From the human T2T-CHM13v2.0 reference genome, Homo sapiens, in the NCBI RefSeq assembly GCF_009914755.1, contig NC_060945.1: a DNA stretch of 64,000 nt. One strand, 5' to 3'. The notes beneath the pieces were generated by a model. The model did not search any database and had not been told where the DNA came from. It was given only the letters and a program-made list of their open reading frames with translations. Shown here one piece after another: positions 1 to 14,855 of the stretch (positions within the stretch are counted from its first letter, which is position 1; every line of letters starts with the position of its first letter). The translations under genes and the position numbers were made by a program.

Positions 1-1
1 T

Positions 2-417
<416 letters not shown>

Positions 418-1199
418 TGATTTTTGTGACTCTATAGCTATTCTGTAGACTATATCAGACATTCCCAATGTCTGATATCCTTGAGGAGGGGGATGTCTAA
501 ATTTATTGCTTTTTTGTTTTTTTTTCTGTTGTCTCTCCTCAATGTAGCTGTCACCTCATGTGTTTGGTGATCATTGATTATGAACTTCTGTTTGATCTTT
601 GTGGTGATCTTGAGAGTCTAATTTGAGGATGCTTGCTTTCTGAAAGCATTTCTATCAGCTTTGTCTGGGAGCCAGAAAGTTTAGCTGGCATCACTTTTGA
701 GTTCCTACATTTTGCTTCTGGCCCAGGGCTCAGTGTCCTGATCCTATTACTGCTCTTGGCACCACTACTTGTAGCACTAAACTGTAGCCAGGTTTAATTT
801 CTAGCTCAAGGTTTGTTGCTTTTGCGTGGAGAGGGTGCCTTCACATGTTCCCCTATTTCTATGAGCTCAGCAAAAACATCCAAAAAGTGTTTTTTTTTTT
901 AATCTAGGATATACCTTTTTCCTCCCAACAGTACATTCCCCCAGAGTGTATAGTTGACCATAACTGATGGGATCAGAAGCTCTTTATTTTAATATTTAAT
1001 TTTAGTAGTATATTTTTGTTTGATTGTGTTATAAAAAATTTTATGGTACCAAGCAAGCTTTCTTGGTGATACCAACATTTCCATTAAAACTAGTTTACAT
1101 CTAAGTTAAGATTTGAGTTATCCTAAAGAAAAGTATTAAGTAAATAGCAGTACAGATGGCAAATGGATTGCACAATATATCCTCTGGATCCATAGTGAA

Positions 1200-2560
1200 C
1201 CTGCAGAGATAAACCTGTGATGGTCAAACAATGTGAAAACTGCTGTCAGAGACATGGGCAGGGTGCTCTTGTTTACAGAGAAGAGGTGCAAAAATCAACT
1301 TGATGGTAGTGGGAAGATCAGGAAATGCTTCCTGAAATTGAGTATTAAGAACTAATAGACATTAGGTGGTTGCAGAATAAGTTTTGTTTAGGAAGGACAA
1401 GCAGTTGGGTATGACTGGCTTCTAGGTTGTGTGTTGTGGAGTGACTGGGGATAAAAGCAGGAGCAAGATCACAAAAGGTCTTCTATGCTTATATTAGGGA
1501 AGTTGGACTTTATTCTCAAGCTGAAGGGAAGCTGTTGCATGGTTTTAAGCAGTAAAGTGATATGATCAGAGTTTTAGAGGATGCCAAGATTGAAGGCAAG
1601 TCTGACCAGTTAGGAGACTGCTTGTTAAATTAGTTCAGAGGAGAAACAGTGAAGGCAGTGGCACTGGGCATGAAGAAGTATATGTGTGCTAATTTTAGAT
1701 TTCTTAGGGAAGCAGAAATGACAAGAGTTAGTGGTCCATTGGACAGAAATATTGAAGGAGACTGGGGAGTCTAGGTTGACTCCCAGGGTTTAGGTTTGGG
1801 CAGTAAAATGGCATGTAGAACAATTAACTGATAAACAGCATACAGAAAGAGGAAAGAACTTCATTTCATATGTGTGTTTTTGAGGAAAAGATGTTTGTTT
1901 TTGAACTTCCTGATTCAGAGGGGCTTGTGGGACATCTTGGTTAAGATCCTGTAGTAGTTCTAGTAGGGTCTAGAAGTCAAGAGATACAACCCCGCCTGGA
2001 AGGATTTGGGAGTCTTCAGCATTTGGAATTTTGGAAGCCATTGTTTACTGCAGTGCATATGAGATAATTTAAACTGGTACATAGATAAACACTTGAAAAA
2101 ATTTTAATAGATAGGAATTTAATGTGTATGAGAAACATAACTTGCACATCTAACCTTTGATAATCATGGACATTATCACTTAGGCCAAGTGAGCTCAATA
2201 AAAGGGAAATATTAACTAAAAATATATGTGATACATGGAAATGGCAAAAATCACGGTGAAGCTATGCAAATGATGCAAGTTCAGAAAGTGCTGTGTTAAG
2301 TCATGGGTGTGGTGGATAAATTCACCCAAGGAGAGAGTAAGAGTGAGAAGAAAAGAGAGTTGACATTGGGTGGCGGGGAATGGAGAAGAAGAACCCATGA
2401 AGGAAACTGAGGAAGAGCAGCCAGACGAATAGGAGGAAAACCAGGAGAAGATGGTCTTTGGAGTCCAAATGAAGAGTTCTGAGGAGGAAGTGGTCCACAG
2501 CGTCAAGTAAGTTGTAAGCTGAAAAGTGCTCTTTGGATTTAGCAATTAAGGTAGACTATT
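1200..2560 (-). mobile_element. L2 remnants (approximate limits)
   Basis: Degenerate L2-like motifs (ggactttattct, ggttttaagcag, gatttgggagtc). Confidence 0.55.
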
Positions 2561-2619
2561 TAGCTGGAAGCATCCAAACAGTGGATTTTAAAAATACTCA
2601 TCTAACATTAATGTTAATG

Positions 2620-2860
2620 ATAGCTGGTATTTATAGCATTTCCCATATACCTGGTACTCTTCTAAGCTCTTTACATGTATTAACAGATTGATCAGGTAGG
2701 TAGTATTGTTATCCCCATTTGATATGCGAGGAAACACAGAGGAAGCACAGAGAGGTTAAGTAACTTGCCCAAGATCACACACCCAAGGAAACAAGAGAGC
2801 CAGGACTCAAGCCCAGAGTCTTGGCTGCAGAGTCCCTGTTCTTAACCACTTTGTCACATT
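2620..2860. mobile_element. MIR
   Basis: ccccattt...gaggaaac...gaggttaagtaacttgcccaagatcacac core. Confidence 0.8.
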
Positions 2861-2887
2861 GCCTCTCTAGTTAAAAACAAAATACAA

Positions 2888-3320
<433 letters not shown>

Positions 3321-4059
3321 TTAATTGTATTGTAATTGACGCCATGATGTGTGGGCTGTGACAGTTCTTGGCTCTTTCTGTATTTTATGCCAAAAAAATT
3401 TGTAAGACAAGTGAGATTAGCATATACCTCATATTATGTGCTATAGTTTGGGTGCTCCAGTATCTTATGTTTTCTGGTCATTGTTCACTTTTAGAGTTAA
3501 ATTTTTTAAACTCTAGAAATATTCATGCAGAATAGGTCAGGTTCTAGACATTACAGATAACCAGTCTTTTGTGGAAGGTCATTAATGATCTTAATGAAAG
3601 CAGTTTCCCTTGAATGGTCGAAGTGGAAACCAAATTGTTAGGAAACTGACAGTGAATGAGAATGGAGGATTCAGATGGGTGAAAAATGAAGAGTTCTTGA
3701 TGAAGTTGAAGAATGGCTGTGGTAGGAAATCAGGAAGACATGAGCCGTAATGACTCTTGGCTATGGTCAGAGAGGAGCTAATAAAGATTTAAGAACTGGT
3801 TTCGACCCAGGTAGTGATCTGAGGTGTCCCCCTGGGGTGGGAGAGCCCAGTGAGGTAGGCAGTGAAGATCATGTTAGTTGAGGAGGTTGTTAAACTACAA
3901 GGCTAGGGTATTGTGTGCATGGACCTCGATGTGGCTGGGATGATGATAGAATTTGGAGGAAAGAGAAAAACACTGAACTAGTTGCCAGTGATCTTGAAAC
4001 GTGACAGTAACCAAGAGATAAATAGGTGACAATGACAGGAAAATTAGATGTAGTAAAAG

Positions 4060-4290
4060 AGAGTGTTTGAGAGCAGAAGCTATGGCAACTAAAGACTGGA
4101 TTTGAATCCTTCCTAGCTTGGTGACATGAGCAAATTACTTGATTTAAGTGAGCATTTTCCCATCTGTACAGTGGAGATAACGATAATTGTGCCTGCTAAG
4201 AAGAATTGCTGTGAAGATTAGTGAAATAATGCATGTAAAACATTTGGTACAGTATGTGACACATAGTACAAATAGTTTGCTAGGAAGATT
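4060..4290. mobile_element. MIR
   Basis: aagactggatttgaatcc...catctgtacagtggagataa...gtgaagattagtga. Confidence 0.65.
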
Positions 4291-5441
4291 GTTATTATTC
4301 TTCACTTGTGATATTGTGAAGTTTTCATACAGCAAATTGGACATCATGAGATGGATTGATTAAATAAATAGATTTGAACTTCAAGGACTGGTAGTGTTCT
4401 TGCTTTGGAAAGAAGAAACTTGGTTTATCCTAATAATAGTAGGATAATAATGGTGAAGTGATAGGTACAAGTAATAGTGTTTATGATGCGCTGGTGATGA
4501 TAGGAAAAGAAAGCCATTATATGGGCAAGAGCTAGAAGTAATAAAATGGTGCATTTTTCAGTGATGTTTGGCCTATGTAGCTATTCTCTGATAACTATAA
4601 AAATCCTTATTATTGAAGATTCTTCAGGAAAAAAAAACCCTTAGTCTGAAACTTTAGCACCAATCCCCCTTGCCCCCCATTGAAATACGTATTTTTAAAA
4701 CATGGCTTTTGATAATGTGAGGGTTTTTTCCTTTTTGCGATTTAGCAGTGCTGATTGTGTATTGCAGTAGTTGTGAGAGCATTAGAAGCAGCAGTCGATA
4801 GGAGGATGGAAGGTCTGGATGCCGCCTTGGGGAGTTAGGAGATTGGCAGACTTACCCTGTACCACTCTAGCCCTACTCCTTTGCCCAAGACAGAAACACA
4901 CTGAGATGGATAGGAGAATATGAGCAGTTGATAGGAAAGTTCTCAGTGGAGTCAGGATTTAGGTTAGGCCAGGAGATTGAGAATATAACAGTTTGTGTAT
5001 GATGAAATGGCATATTTCACAGAATGCAGTAAAAGCAGGTAGGGTACAAGTGCAGCAACAGGAAGATGTCTTTTCTTCATTCAGCAAACACTTATTTGAG
5101 AGCTTACCATGTGCTAGGCACATACAAAGATAAATAAGATGCCCTTGATGATCCTCTATTTAAAGGAGACATGTAAACAGGTTAACTTAGAGTAGAGATG
5201 GTGAATATGTGAACCTGAGGAAAGGAAGAAATAGATTAAATTATCTGGAGAGAGAGGAAAAGTCAGCAGAATGGGGACGAGAATCTTTCGGAGCTCAGTG
5301 TTCTGATAGGAGTTATTTCCTTGGGCATAGGTTCCAAGTATTTTTCTAATATACCATAGAAGCCAGGAAAACTTTCTTCTGTTATCTCAAATGATTTAAT
5401 TACTGACTTGAGTTTGTGTTGTCTCCTTAGACTTGTGCACC

Positions 5442-5585
5442 ATGGACAATTTTGCTGAGGGAGATTTCACTGTGGCGGATTATGCCTTGTTAGAAGATTG
5501 CCCTCACGTGGATGATTGTGTCTTTGCTGCTGAATTTATGAGCAATGATTATGTTCGTGTGACTCAGCTTTACTGTGATGGGGTG
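5442..5585 (+). CDS. TTC3: TTC3 coding exon 1 (exon starts 5431; ATG 5442; MDNF...YCDGV)
   Basis: Acceptor ctccttag at 5430, Kozak accATGg, donor GTG|gtaagt; 144 nt. Confidence 0.96.
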
Positions 5586-6016
5586 GTAAGTAGGTTTGCT
5601 AATTTTTCATTTTTGACATTGTGTATTGAAGGTTTTCTGGTTTAGGGCTATCTGAGTAAAGATGTTTTTGTGGTACGTGCGTTTTGACAGGGAGGTACAC
5701 ATGCTGTTGAAAAGTTGATTTGAGAAGGGAAAGTAAGCACTGGCTCAAAAATAAGATTGTGGAGTGCCAGAGAATGAGTGGTGGCAAAAGGTGGTTTTCT
5801 GACAGGGCATAAGAAAAGCTCTTGGGGAGAGCCATAGAAGCAAACTCAGGTAATACTGTAAAACGGGTCTCAAATTAAGACTCTTTGGCTGAAGATGTGT
5901 TTGAAGCATATAAATAAATGCCCACTGAAAGTTCTTTGGTTAGTTCTGATAATCCTTAGATTAAAAATCAAGAACATTTTACTAGACACAAATCAAAATA
6001 ATTTTCTTCTTTTTAG

Positions 6017-6059
6017 GGTGTGCAATATAAAGATTATATCCAAAGTGAGAGGAATTTGG
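6017..6059 (+). CDS. TTC3: TTC3 coding exon 2 (GVQYKDYIQSERNL)
   Basis: ttttag| ... G|gtgagt; 43 nt. Confidence 0.95.
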
Positions 6060-6379
6060 GTGAGTACGTTGGTATTTTTAATGTTAATTTATGGAAAGAC
6101 TACAAAGGGAGGTCCATCCATCCTGTCATAGCAATACAACAGATTTATATGCCTTTTAAAAATGTATTCTTACTAGTTTTTCACTAGAAATCAGAACTTT
6201 TCTTTGTTAAAATAGAGTTTTAGCCAGCACTTAAATATTCTTAACATTTAACAGGCTAGAATACTTCATTCATTCATTTCTTCCCTCTCCATATCCATTT
6301 TTGCCTTTTTACTATTAAGTGTTGATTCATTAAAAAAATGAGGCACAAACATTAATTTTAAACTTTTTTTTAAATTAAG

Positions 6380-6530
6380 AATTTGACATCTGCAGTATAT
6401 GGTGTAGTAAACCAATTTCTGTCCTGCAAGATTATTGCGATGCCATTAAAATAAACATCTTCTGGCCACTTCTGTTTCAACATCAAAACAGTTCCGTAAT
6501 ATCACGATTGCATCCCTGTGTGGACGCCAA
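6380..6530 (+). CDS. TTC3: TTC3 coding exon 3 (EFDICSIW...HPCVDA)
   Basis: ttaag| ... AA|gtaagt; 151 nt, frame continuous. Confidence 0.95.
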
Positions 6531-6982
6531 GTAAGTTACTATATGTTGCTCATTTTGTGTGGACAGTGATAAACATGTTACCCAATACCAAGAAATGCAA
6601 GTTCAATGGAAGGCTTATGTCTTATTCTTGTATGCTGCTCAACGTTTGTGTAATAGGGTGGAAAAAACAAATACTTGAGATTTGGATATGAATGAATAAT
6701 TGTAACATAATCAGTGAAATTCTGAATAGTACTAGATGGTAGACTGGAAGCTGAGTCAGGAGGAATTAACATGTTTGTTTATAAGTATCAGTGTTATAGT
6801 GCAGAAGAGAGGAAAAAGATACAGTATTTTGTTCATTTAATAAATAGCTTAGTTATTGTTACCTAGAGTGAAGAAAAAGAGAACTTATTTTTTAATGGTT
6901 TGAGATATATAGCTAAGCATAAAGTTCAATGAATTTGTATATATGAGAATCTAATCTTTTAAAAAATAAATTTGTCTTTAAG

Positions 6983-7070
6983 CAATTCACGTGCTTCTGA
7001 GATAAATTTGAAGAAACTACAACATCTTGAGTTGATGGAAGATATTGTGGATTTGGCAAAGAAAGTTGCT
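6983..7070 (+). CDS. TTC3: TTC3 coding exon 4 (NSRASEINLKK...AKKVA)
   Basis: tttaag| ... GCT|gtaagt; 88 nt. Confidence 0.95.
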
Positions 7071-7692
7071 GTAAGTGGTAGAATGTAGGTTCCCCCGAGC
7101 CCTTGGTTTAAATAATATAAGCATTTATATGGTGTTAGGCTCAAATGACTAATTTATAGCAATTAACAGGTAATGGTTTTAGTTTTGGTTAACCTGAGAT
7201 AAATCTGCTATCCATCAGTGCGTGCTCAGTATTTGAGAGATCAGGGAGATGGCTGATGTCATGGTTCTACGCTGGGGACCAGGACTGCATCTTGTCATTA
7301 AAGGATAGAAATTGGAACTTGTCACAGAAAGTGGGGTATGGGTTCATGAAAACCTTTGCCACAGGTTCTGAAAGTGATGTGCTCTATCTGTTGATATAAA
7401 ATCACATCACCATCAACAAATATTTTGTCTTTGGGTAGGTAGACTTTATCAGGGCAGATTTGAGGAGGTGTCCTTCATTATGCTATTGAGATAAGTTGAG
7501 AGTTTTTGTGGTTTTTAATTTTTTTTTGAAAGCTATTGGATAGCTTTTTAAATTTCAGTTGGTTATGGAGTCAAGTGTTGTTCTTGGTACTATTAAATTT
7601 AGAAAGGGCATTCTGATGTTTATTTTCTGCAGTAGTTATTTGCAGTAACATACAAACCAGTGTACCTTTATAAAAAAATTTAAGTGCAATGA

Positions 7693-8209
<517 letters not shown>

Positions 8210-8417
8210 TTATTTTACTGCTAGAACCCTATTGGAGACTATTTTGGAATTCTTGTCTTAAGATCTTAAGGGGTAACTTGGTCATGTAAATGCTTGTCGG
8301 AAGTGTACTACTGAGTACATATAGTAGTGTTCCTAAAATGTAGGCCATTTTTCCGTTAGAAAATTCAAGTAGAATTGACTGAATAAGGAAAAAATATGTC
8401 CTTTTTTTATTTTTCAG

Positions 8418-8471
8418 AATGATTCATTCCTTATTGGAGGCTTATTGAGAATTGGTTGTAAAATAGAAAAT
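8418..8471 (+). CDS. TTC3: TTC3 coding exon 5 (NDSFLIGGLLRIGCKIEN)
   Basis: tttcag| ... AAT|gtaagt; 54 nt. Confidence 0.95.
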
Positions 8472-9477
8472 GTAAGTGTTAAACACTGAAACTGGCACGG
8501 CCACTGTGGATGAGTGGCAGTCATCTCACTGCTCATTTCCCCTTGCATTGGGTCCATACACTCAATGTTCTATATGTGGTATTTGGTAGTATTGACTTCT
8601 GTATTTTCCTTAAGGAGACTCCTCATTTTGGGGGTTTGGATCATTTTCTCTCTTTTTTTTTTTTTTACCCATGTACATAGTGTAATTTTGAGCCTATTTT
8701 ACAAGTTGATTCTTTTTCTCTTTTAGATTATTTACCTGGCTTATGTTTCCCCAAATGAAATTATTAGGCCTCTGGTATGAATATTTTTTGTTACATAATT
8801 ACTAGGTAATCTCCAGATTCAATGTTAAACCAATTTTTAATGAAACTGATGCCATAAACATCTATGTTTACCTTAAGCCCATTGTTAACTTTAATTTTTG
8901 AAGTTACTTTAGACATTAGAAGTACAAATAACATTTCTGTGAATTCTTGATCCTTCATGGAGATCACTGCACTGAGTGCCCATTTGCCCAGCCCCATCTT
9001 CCTCTTGTTCTTTATCTCCTTATTCTTCTGTTTGCCACAGACCACGTAAAATATGTAGTTCCTTTGGAGAACTTTAATCTATAAATTTAACCTTGGGGTA
9101 AGGATGGAAGTCTTTGTGTAGATGAGATCTGAGAACCCTCATCCACCTTGTTATATTGCACTTGCCTGCTACCCCAGGCAGTCTGGCCAGGTTGTAGACC
9201 TCAAATTGCAGGTCTGTAGTAATTGCGGAAGCATCTTGAGCTCTGAGGGTGGCCTGAAGTCACCTGAAGAGGTAACATATATGAGTCCATGGTATCTGTT
9301 AATTTATATGTCAGAGTCTGCCTACTCTAAGTTACACGCCAGAGTAGCAAAAAATAAGTGGTTGTACCAGTTTTGTAGTAAGGATCTGAAATACTTGCAT
9401 AAGATGAATTTATAATGCCACATGCAAATTTAGAATTAATAACCAAAGCCCCATTCTTCATTTCTCTTTTGAAACAG

Positions 9478-9598
9478 AAAATCTTGGCAATGGAAGAAGC
9501 TCTGAATTGGATAAAATATGCAGGCGATGTAACAATTCTAACTAAATTAGGATCAATTGACAATTGTTGGCCTATGTTAAGTATTTTCTTTACTGAAT
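9478..9598 (+). CDS. TTC3: TTC3 coding exon 6 (KILAMEEALNW...FFTE)
   Basis: aacag| ... T|gtaagt; 121 nt; overlaps ORF 9415..9672. Confidence 0.95.
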
Positions 9599-9700
9599 GT
9601 AAGTATAAATGCTTTAAATTGTTACTTGACTCAGTTTTTAAAGGTGTTTGGGAAAATGAGATATGTAGTTAAGTGATTTCTGATTTATCTTAGAATTTAA

Positions 9701-10073
<373 letters not shown>

Positions 10074-11203
10074 GAAAAAGAGAATTTCAAACTGGTAGTT
10101 TTATTCTATATTTTCTGTCTTAATTATTTTTATGACATTGTACTTTAAAAATTTTCACTGAATGGATATTGTAAGTTGTTATATGTAATACTCAAAGAGA
10201 CCACAACTGGGTAGTCTCCTTTGTAAGAAAAAGTCACTGAAGCTAAGCTTATGATTTTTATTTTCTTCATGAATCTGTTATTCTTTTATGTATGAGGTAA
10301 CTGCCTTACATATTTCTTTTACTTTGTGAAATATTTTTCTTTAAAGCATTTGAATATTAGCAGTGTTTTTATAGTATAGTTATAGGAATCTTGAAACAGG
10401 AAAGGTTTGGCTTTTCAGTAGATGATGACCAATAATTTACCATCTCTGCTGAGATAAAGGCAAATTTTGCACTATTGACTTAAGTGCTAGAAAGGAATTA
10501 AATGAAGACACATCTTTCTCATAGGTTTATTAGACACTGGGGTGTATTACACTGATAGAGGTTGTTCTCTTCATTGTTTTGGAGGCCCTTAATTATAAGC
10601 TAGATTTTATGGTGGAAGTAGAGAAGCAGTATCTTGTACTAGGTACACCTCTTTAGGCTTATAGCTGATTTTTTACATTCTATTTTCTTTATAATAGCTC
10701 TGCAAGGTGGCTGTTACTATCTTTGTTTTAGCAGTGAGCACACTGACTTTGAGAGGTTAAGTGTTGTTTCTGCAGTATAGTAAGTAGTAGGTAGTAGTAG
10801 GTAAGACTAGATAAGTCAGATCTCTCTGATCTCAAAGCCCAGGTTTTATTCCATGTAATCTTACTCTGTCCCTTAGAATTTCTTTATTTGGTGACTTTCT
10901 TAGGTCCTTTATTGAATCTTAAATTTTAGGTGCTCTTTTCACTTTAGAAATGAATATGTTTGGCTAGAGGCTTAACTATAGTTTTGTTGCAATAAATTTT
11001 TTTTTGCCACTTTAAAATATCCTTTTTATATAATAGCTTACAATGTAGAAAATGAGGCCCGATAAACTTTAGTTACTTACTGCATCTTAATTAGTTTATT
11101 AAATTTTTATAATAATAGTGTTTCAAATAACTTCTCATTGTAACATTTTACTCATGAGAGTCAAAATACTAAATAAAAACTTTTGAAAGTATTTATTTAA
11201 AAT

Positions 11204-11735
<532 letters not shown>

Positions 11736-12198
11736 TTATATTAAATAGATTGTAGAAAGTAGTTTTCCAGGTTTTTGTTTTCATGCATTTTTATTGAATA
11801 TTGTGCATGGTACACCATACATGCTTGACAGTGTTTATTGAATTGACTTAAGTAATTATGTGGCCTATTTGGAATATGTTATGACAGAGCATTTATTGTA
11901 AATACAATTACAACTAATATAATAATAAATAAAGGTTTTTTATTGCTAGAAATAAAAAGTGAGATTAGATTCATAGCAAGCAATAACTGATGTTTTCTGC
12001 AACATTTTATCAGTTTATTTTTTTACTGAGTTATTTAATAGACATAAAAGGTTACAAGAAACATGTGCTATTTAGAAAGAATAATAATATAGGACCTTTG
12101 TGGACTCACCTAACTCAAGAATTAGAATATTATCAATACCAATTTGTTTTTTTTAAAACAAATGTTCTCTCTTGCTCTCTCCTAAAAATAAAATTTAG

Positions 12199-12284
12199 AC
12201 AAGTACCACATAACTAAAATTGTAATGGAAGACTGCAATTTGCTTGAAGAACTTAAAACTCAAAGTTGTATGGATTGTATAGAG
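12199..12284 (+). CDS. TTC3: TTC3 coding exon 7 (YKYHITK...MDCIE)
   Basis: tttag| ... GAG|gtgaga; 86 nt. Confidence 0.94.
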
Positions 12285-13045
12285 GTGAGAATGAATATTA
12301 TAAATATATTTTAAGATTTGCCCATTAGAACTTTTTAACACTCAGAGGAAGTTAATAAAACTGCTGACAATATACAATTCATAAAATTGGATGACATATT
12401 TGAGGGAAAGAACTAATATCTTGATCAGAGTTTTCTAATGATTTAAAAACGATTAATTGAAAGTGAAAATTTGGTTTTTAAAAACTTTAGTCTTTAATGA
12501 GTTGAAGAGATATGATTTTCTTTGGTAACAGCTGAGATGTAATTCATGTGCTACACTGTTCACTCATAGGAAATAGGACTTTAACTCAATTTTATAAAAG
12601 GAATTTGGGAAAATATTTAATGTTGTATTGAATTCCCTAATGCTGTTGATATGATGTGATTTAGTTTATTTTTAAAAAATTGAGTGTTCGAAATGAAAAG
12701 TTTTAGTTTTTTCTCTAGCACCTTTCATATATATTCTCGTTAACCTACCAACTCATGCTTTGCAATTAATCTAATCAGCATTGCCTCTATGTTATTGATT
12801 TATATATGTTTTTCGGCACTAAGGCTTTTTTAATAACATCACATTTGCTAACCTAAAGTTAAAATTCTACTTTGCATCTATTTTTTAGCCTTATAGATAA
12901 GGTATATTTAAAAGTGGGTCTGCCAAATACCGCACAAAATTTTAGCAATTATTCATAAGGTGATGGTTTTGTTTACTTTTTAATATTCTCTAACAAAGTT
13001 AGTGTTGAGTCATTCAAGACAGGTTTATTTAAATATATATACCGA

Positions 13046-13331
<286 letters not shown>

Positions 13332-13376
<45 letters not shown>
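13332..13376. repeat. (TG)n microsatellite, about 22 units, at Alu tail
   Basis: Directly visible. Confidence 0.97.
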
Positions 13377-13379
<3 letters not shown>

Positions 13380-13561
13380 GTGGGTGTGTATATATATATG
13401 TAACAAAATATTGGGTATTGTAATCTCATTTTCTACATAAATAATCCCCTATGTTATTTCTGATATCGAAGATAGAAATCCAGATCCATTTTTACTAGGT
13501 ATTGGGTTCTTGATGATTTTTGGAGGTAATTGATGGGTCTTCTTTCACCTTGGTTTCTCAG

Positions 13562-13656
13562 GAAGGAGAACTAATGAAAATGAAAGGAAATGAAGAGTTT
13601 TCCAAAGAAAGATTTGATATAGCTATTATCTATTACACCAGAGCCATTGAATATAG
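13562..13656 (+). CDS. TTC3: TTC3 coding exon 8 (EGELMKMKGNEEF...RAIEY; first TPR)
   Basis: tctcag| ... AG|gtaaga; TPR-type KxKGNEEF...AIxYYTRAI motif; 95 nt. Confidence 0.96.
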
Positions 13657-14252
13657 GTAAGAGCAAATAGAACAAAAGAGATGCTTTTTCTATGGCACAT
13701 CAAGTTAGAATGGTAGTCAGAAGAAATAAAAACAAGACGGAGAATTGGAGAGTATCTTCCAACTTGTGGAGAATAGATTTTCTCATCCTTGGGTGTTGGA
13801 AGCATTGGAGATGGCCTGGGTATATGAAGCTAACGTAGTAGCATAACTCAAGCAAGTCAGGCAAAATGGTGAATTTTCTGTTCCATTTTCTTTAAAACTT
13901 TCCAGTACAGAGTTACCTCTTTTGTCTTGTTCTCATTTTGCTATCAACCAAGTCCTCCCAAGTTATTAACTGGTCAAAAAGGATTAAAGGATTAGTTCTT
14001 AATAGTTAAGATGCCACCCATTCAGGGTTTTTTGCTTTCTAAGAGGGAACTTTTACAGGATAATTGAGAGAATGCATACATGCTCTCTACCTTGTCTTCT
14101 CTTTGCTCAGCTGCTAGAATTTTGTAGCTTTCCTCCAGATGTGCCTCATAACTGTGCGCCTATTGTCTCAGTCAGGCCGCCTAATATTGTAGCAGCCTTT
14201 GAAGGGTGCTCTGTAGCCACTGCTCTTTTTCCTCCCTTGTGCATCTCCACAG

Positions 14253-14268
14253 GGAATGAGGGAATCCG
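14253..14268 (+). other. Candidate 16-nt poison microexon of TTC3
   Basis: Pyrimidine tract tttttcctcccttgtgcatctccacag, exon GGAATGAGGGAATCCG, donor gttagt; inclusion gives AG|G GAA TGA. Confidence 0.55.
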
Positions 14269-14792
14269 GTTAGTGTACCACCTCTGAGAGGCTGCTGCCC
14301 TATTCTTTTGAGGAAGAAGTGGAGGAAAGGGAGATACGTTTCACCACACAGTCAGATAAAACTAAAAAACAAAAGTTCAAATGAAGCTATTTTAATTTGC
14401 AATTACTGTAGGCTTCCTTTCTCAGTTCTTTGTCAAAACGACATAGTCCTGACTTATTATATAAGTAATCCTATCCTCTAGAGTTACTCTGTAGTTTGCT
14501 AGCTCTTTAATATGTCTCGTTTGATCCCCCAACAGCCCTATGAGTTAGAGCAACTAGAGTTATCTTCATTTTGAATATAGGGAAGTTTAGGTTGGTTCAA
14601 ACAAAGTTACTTATGTAAGAAGTGAAGGAACGGGGACTTCGCCAGTTAAGACTCCAGGTCCTATATTCTTTTTGCTTTGCCACACATATGTAAAGTTTAA
14701 AAAAAGTTTTCTCATGCCTTATGTTTTCTACGTGATTTTTATTTGTTTCATGTGTAATGTGCTTTACTGACTAAACATTGTATCTTTTTAAG

Positions 14793-14855
14793 ACCTGAAA
14801 ACTACCTTCTTTATGGTAACCGAGCTCTTTGTTTTCTTCGTACTGGACAGTTTAG
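14793..14855 (+). CDS. TTC3: TTC3 coding exon 9 (PENYLLYGNRALCFLRTGQF; TPR)
   Basis: tttaag| ... AG|gtaagt; YGNRALC TPR motif; 63 nt. Confidence 0.96.

Noticed and set aside
14072-14287. 71-aa ORF MHTCSLPC...
   Set aside because: No recognisable domain; it spans the pyrimidine-rich region upstream of the candidate microexon and is better explained as splice-regulatory sequence.
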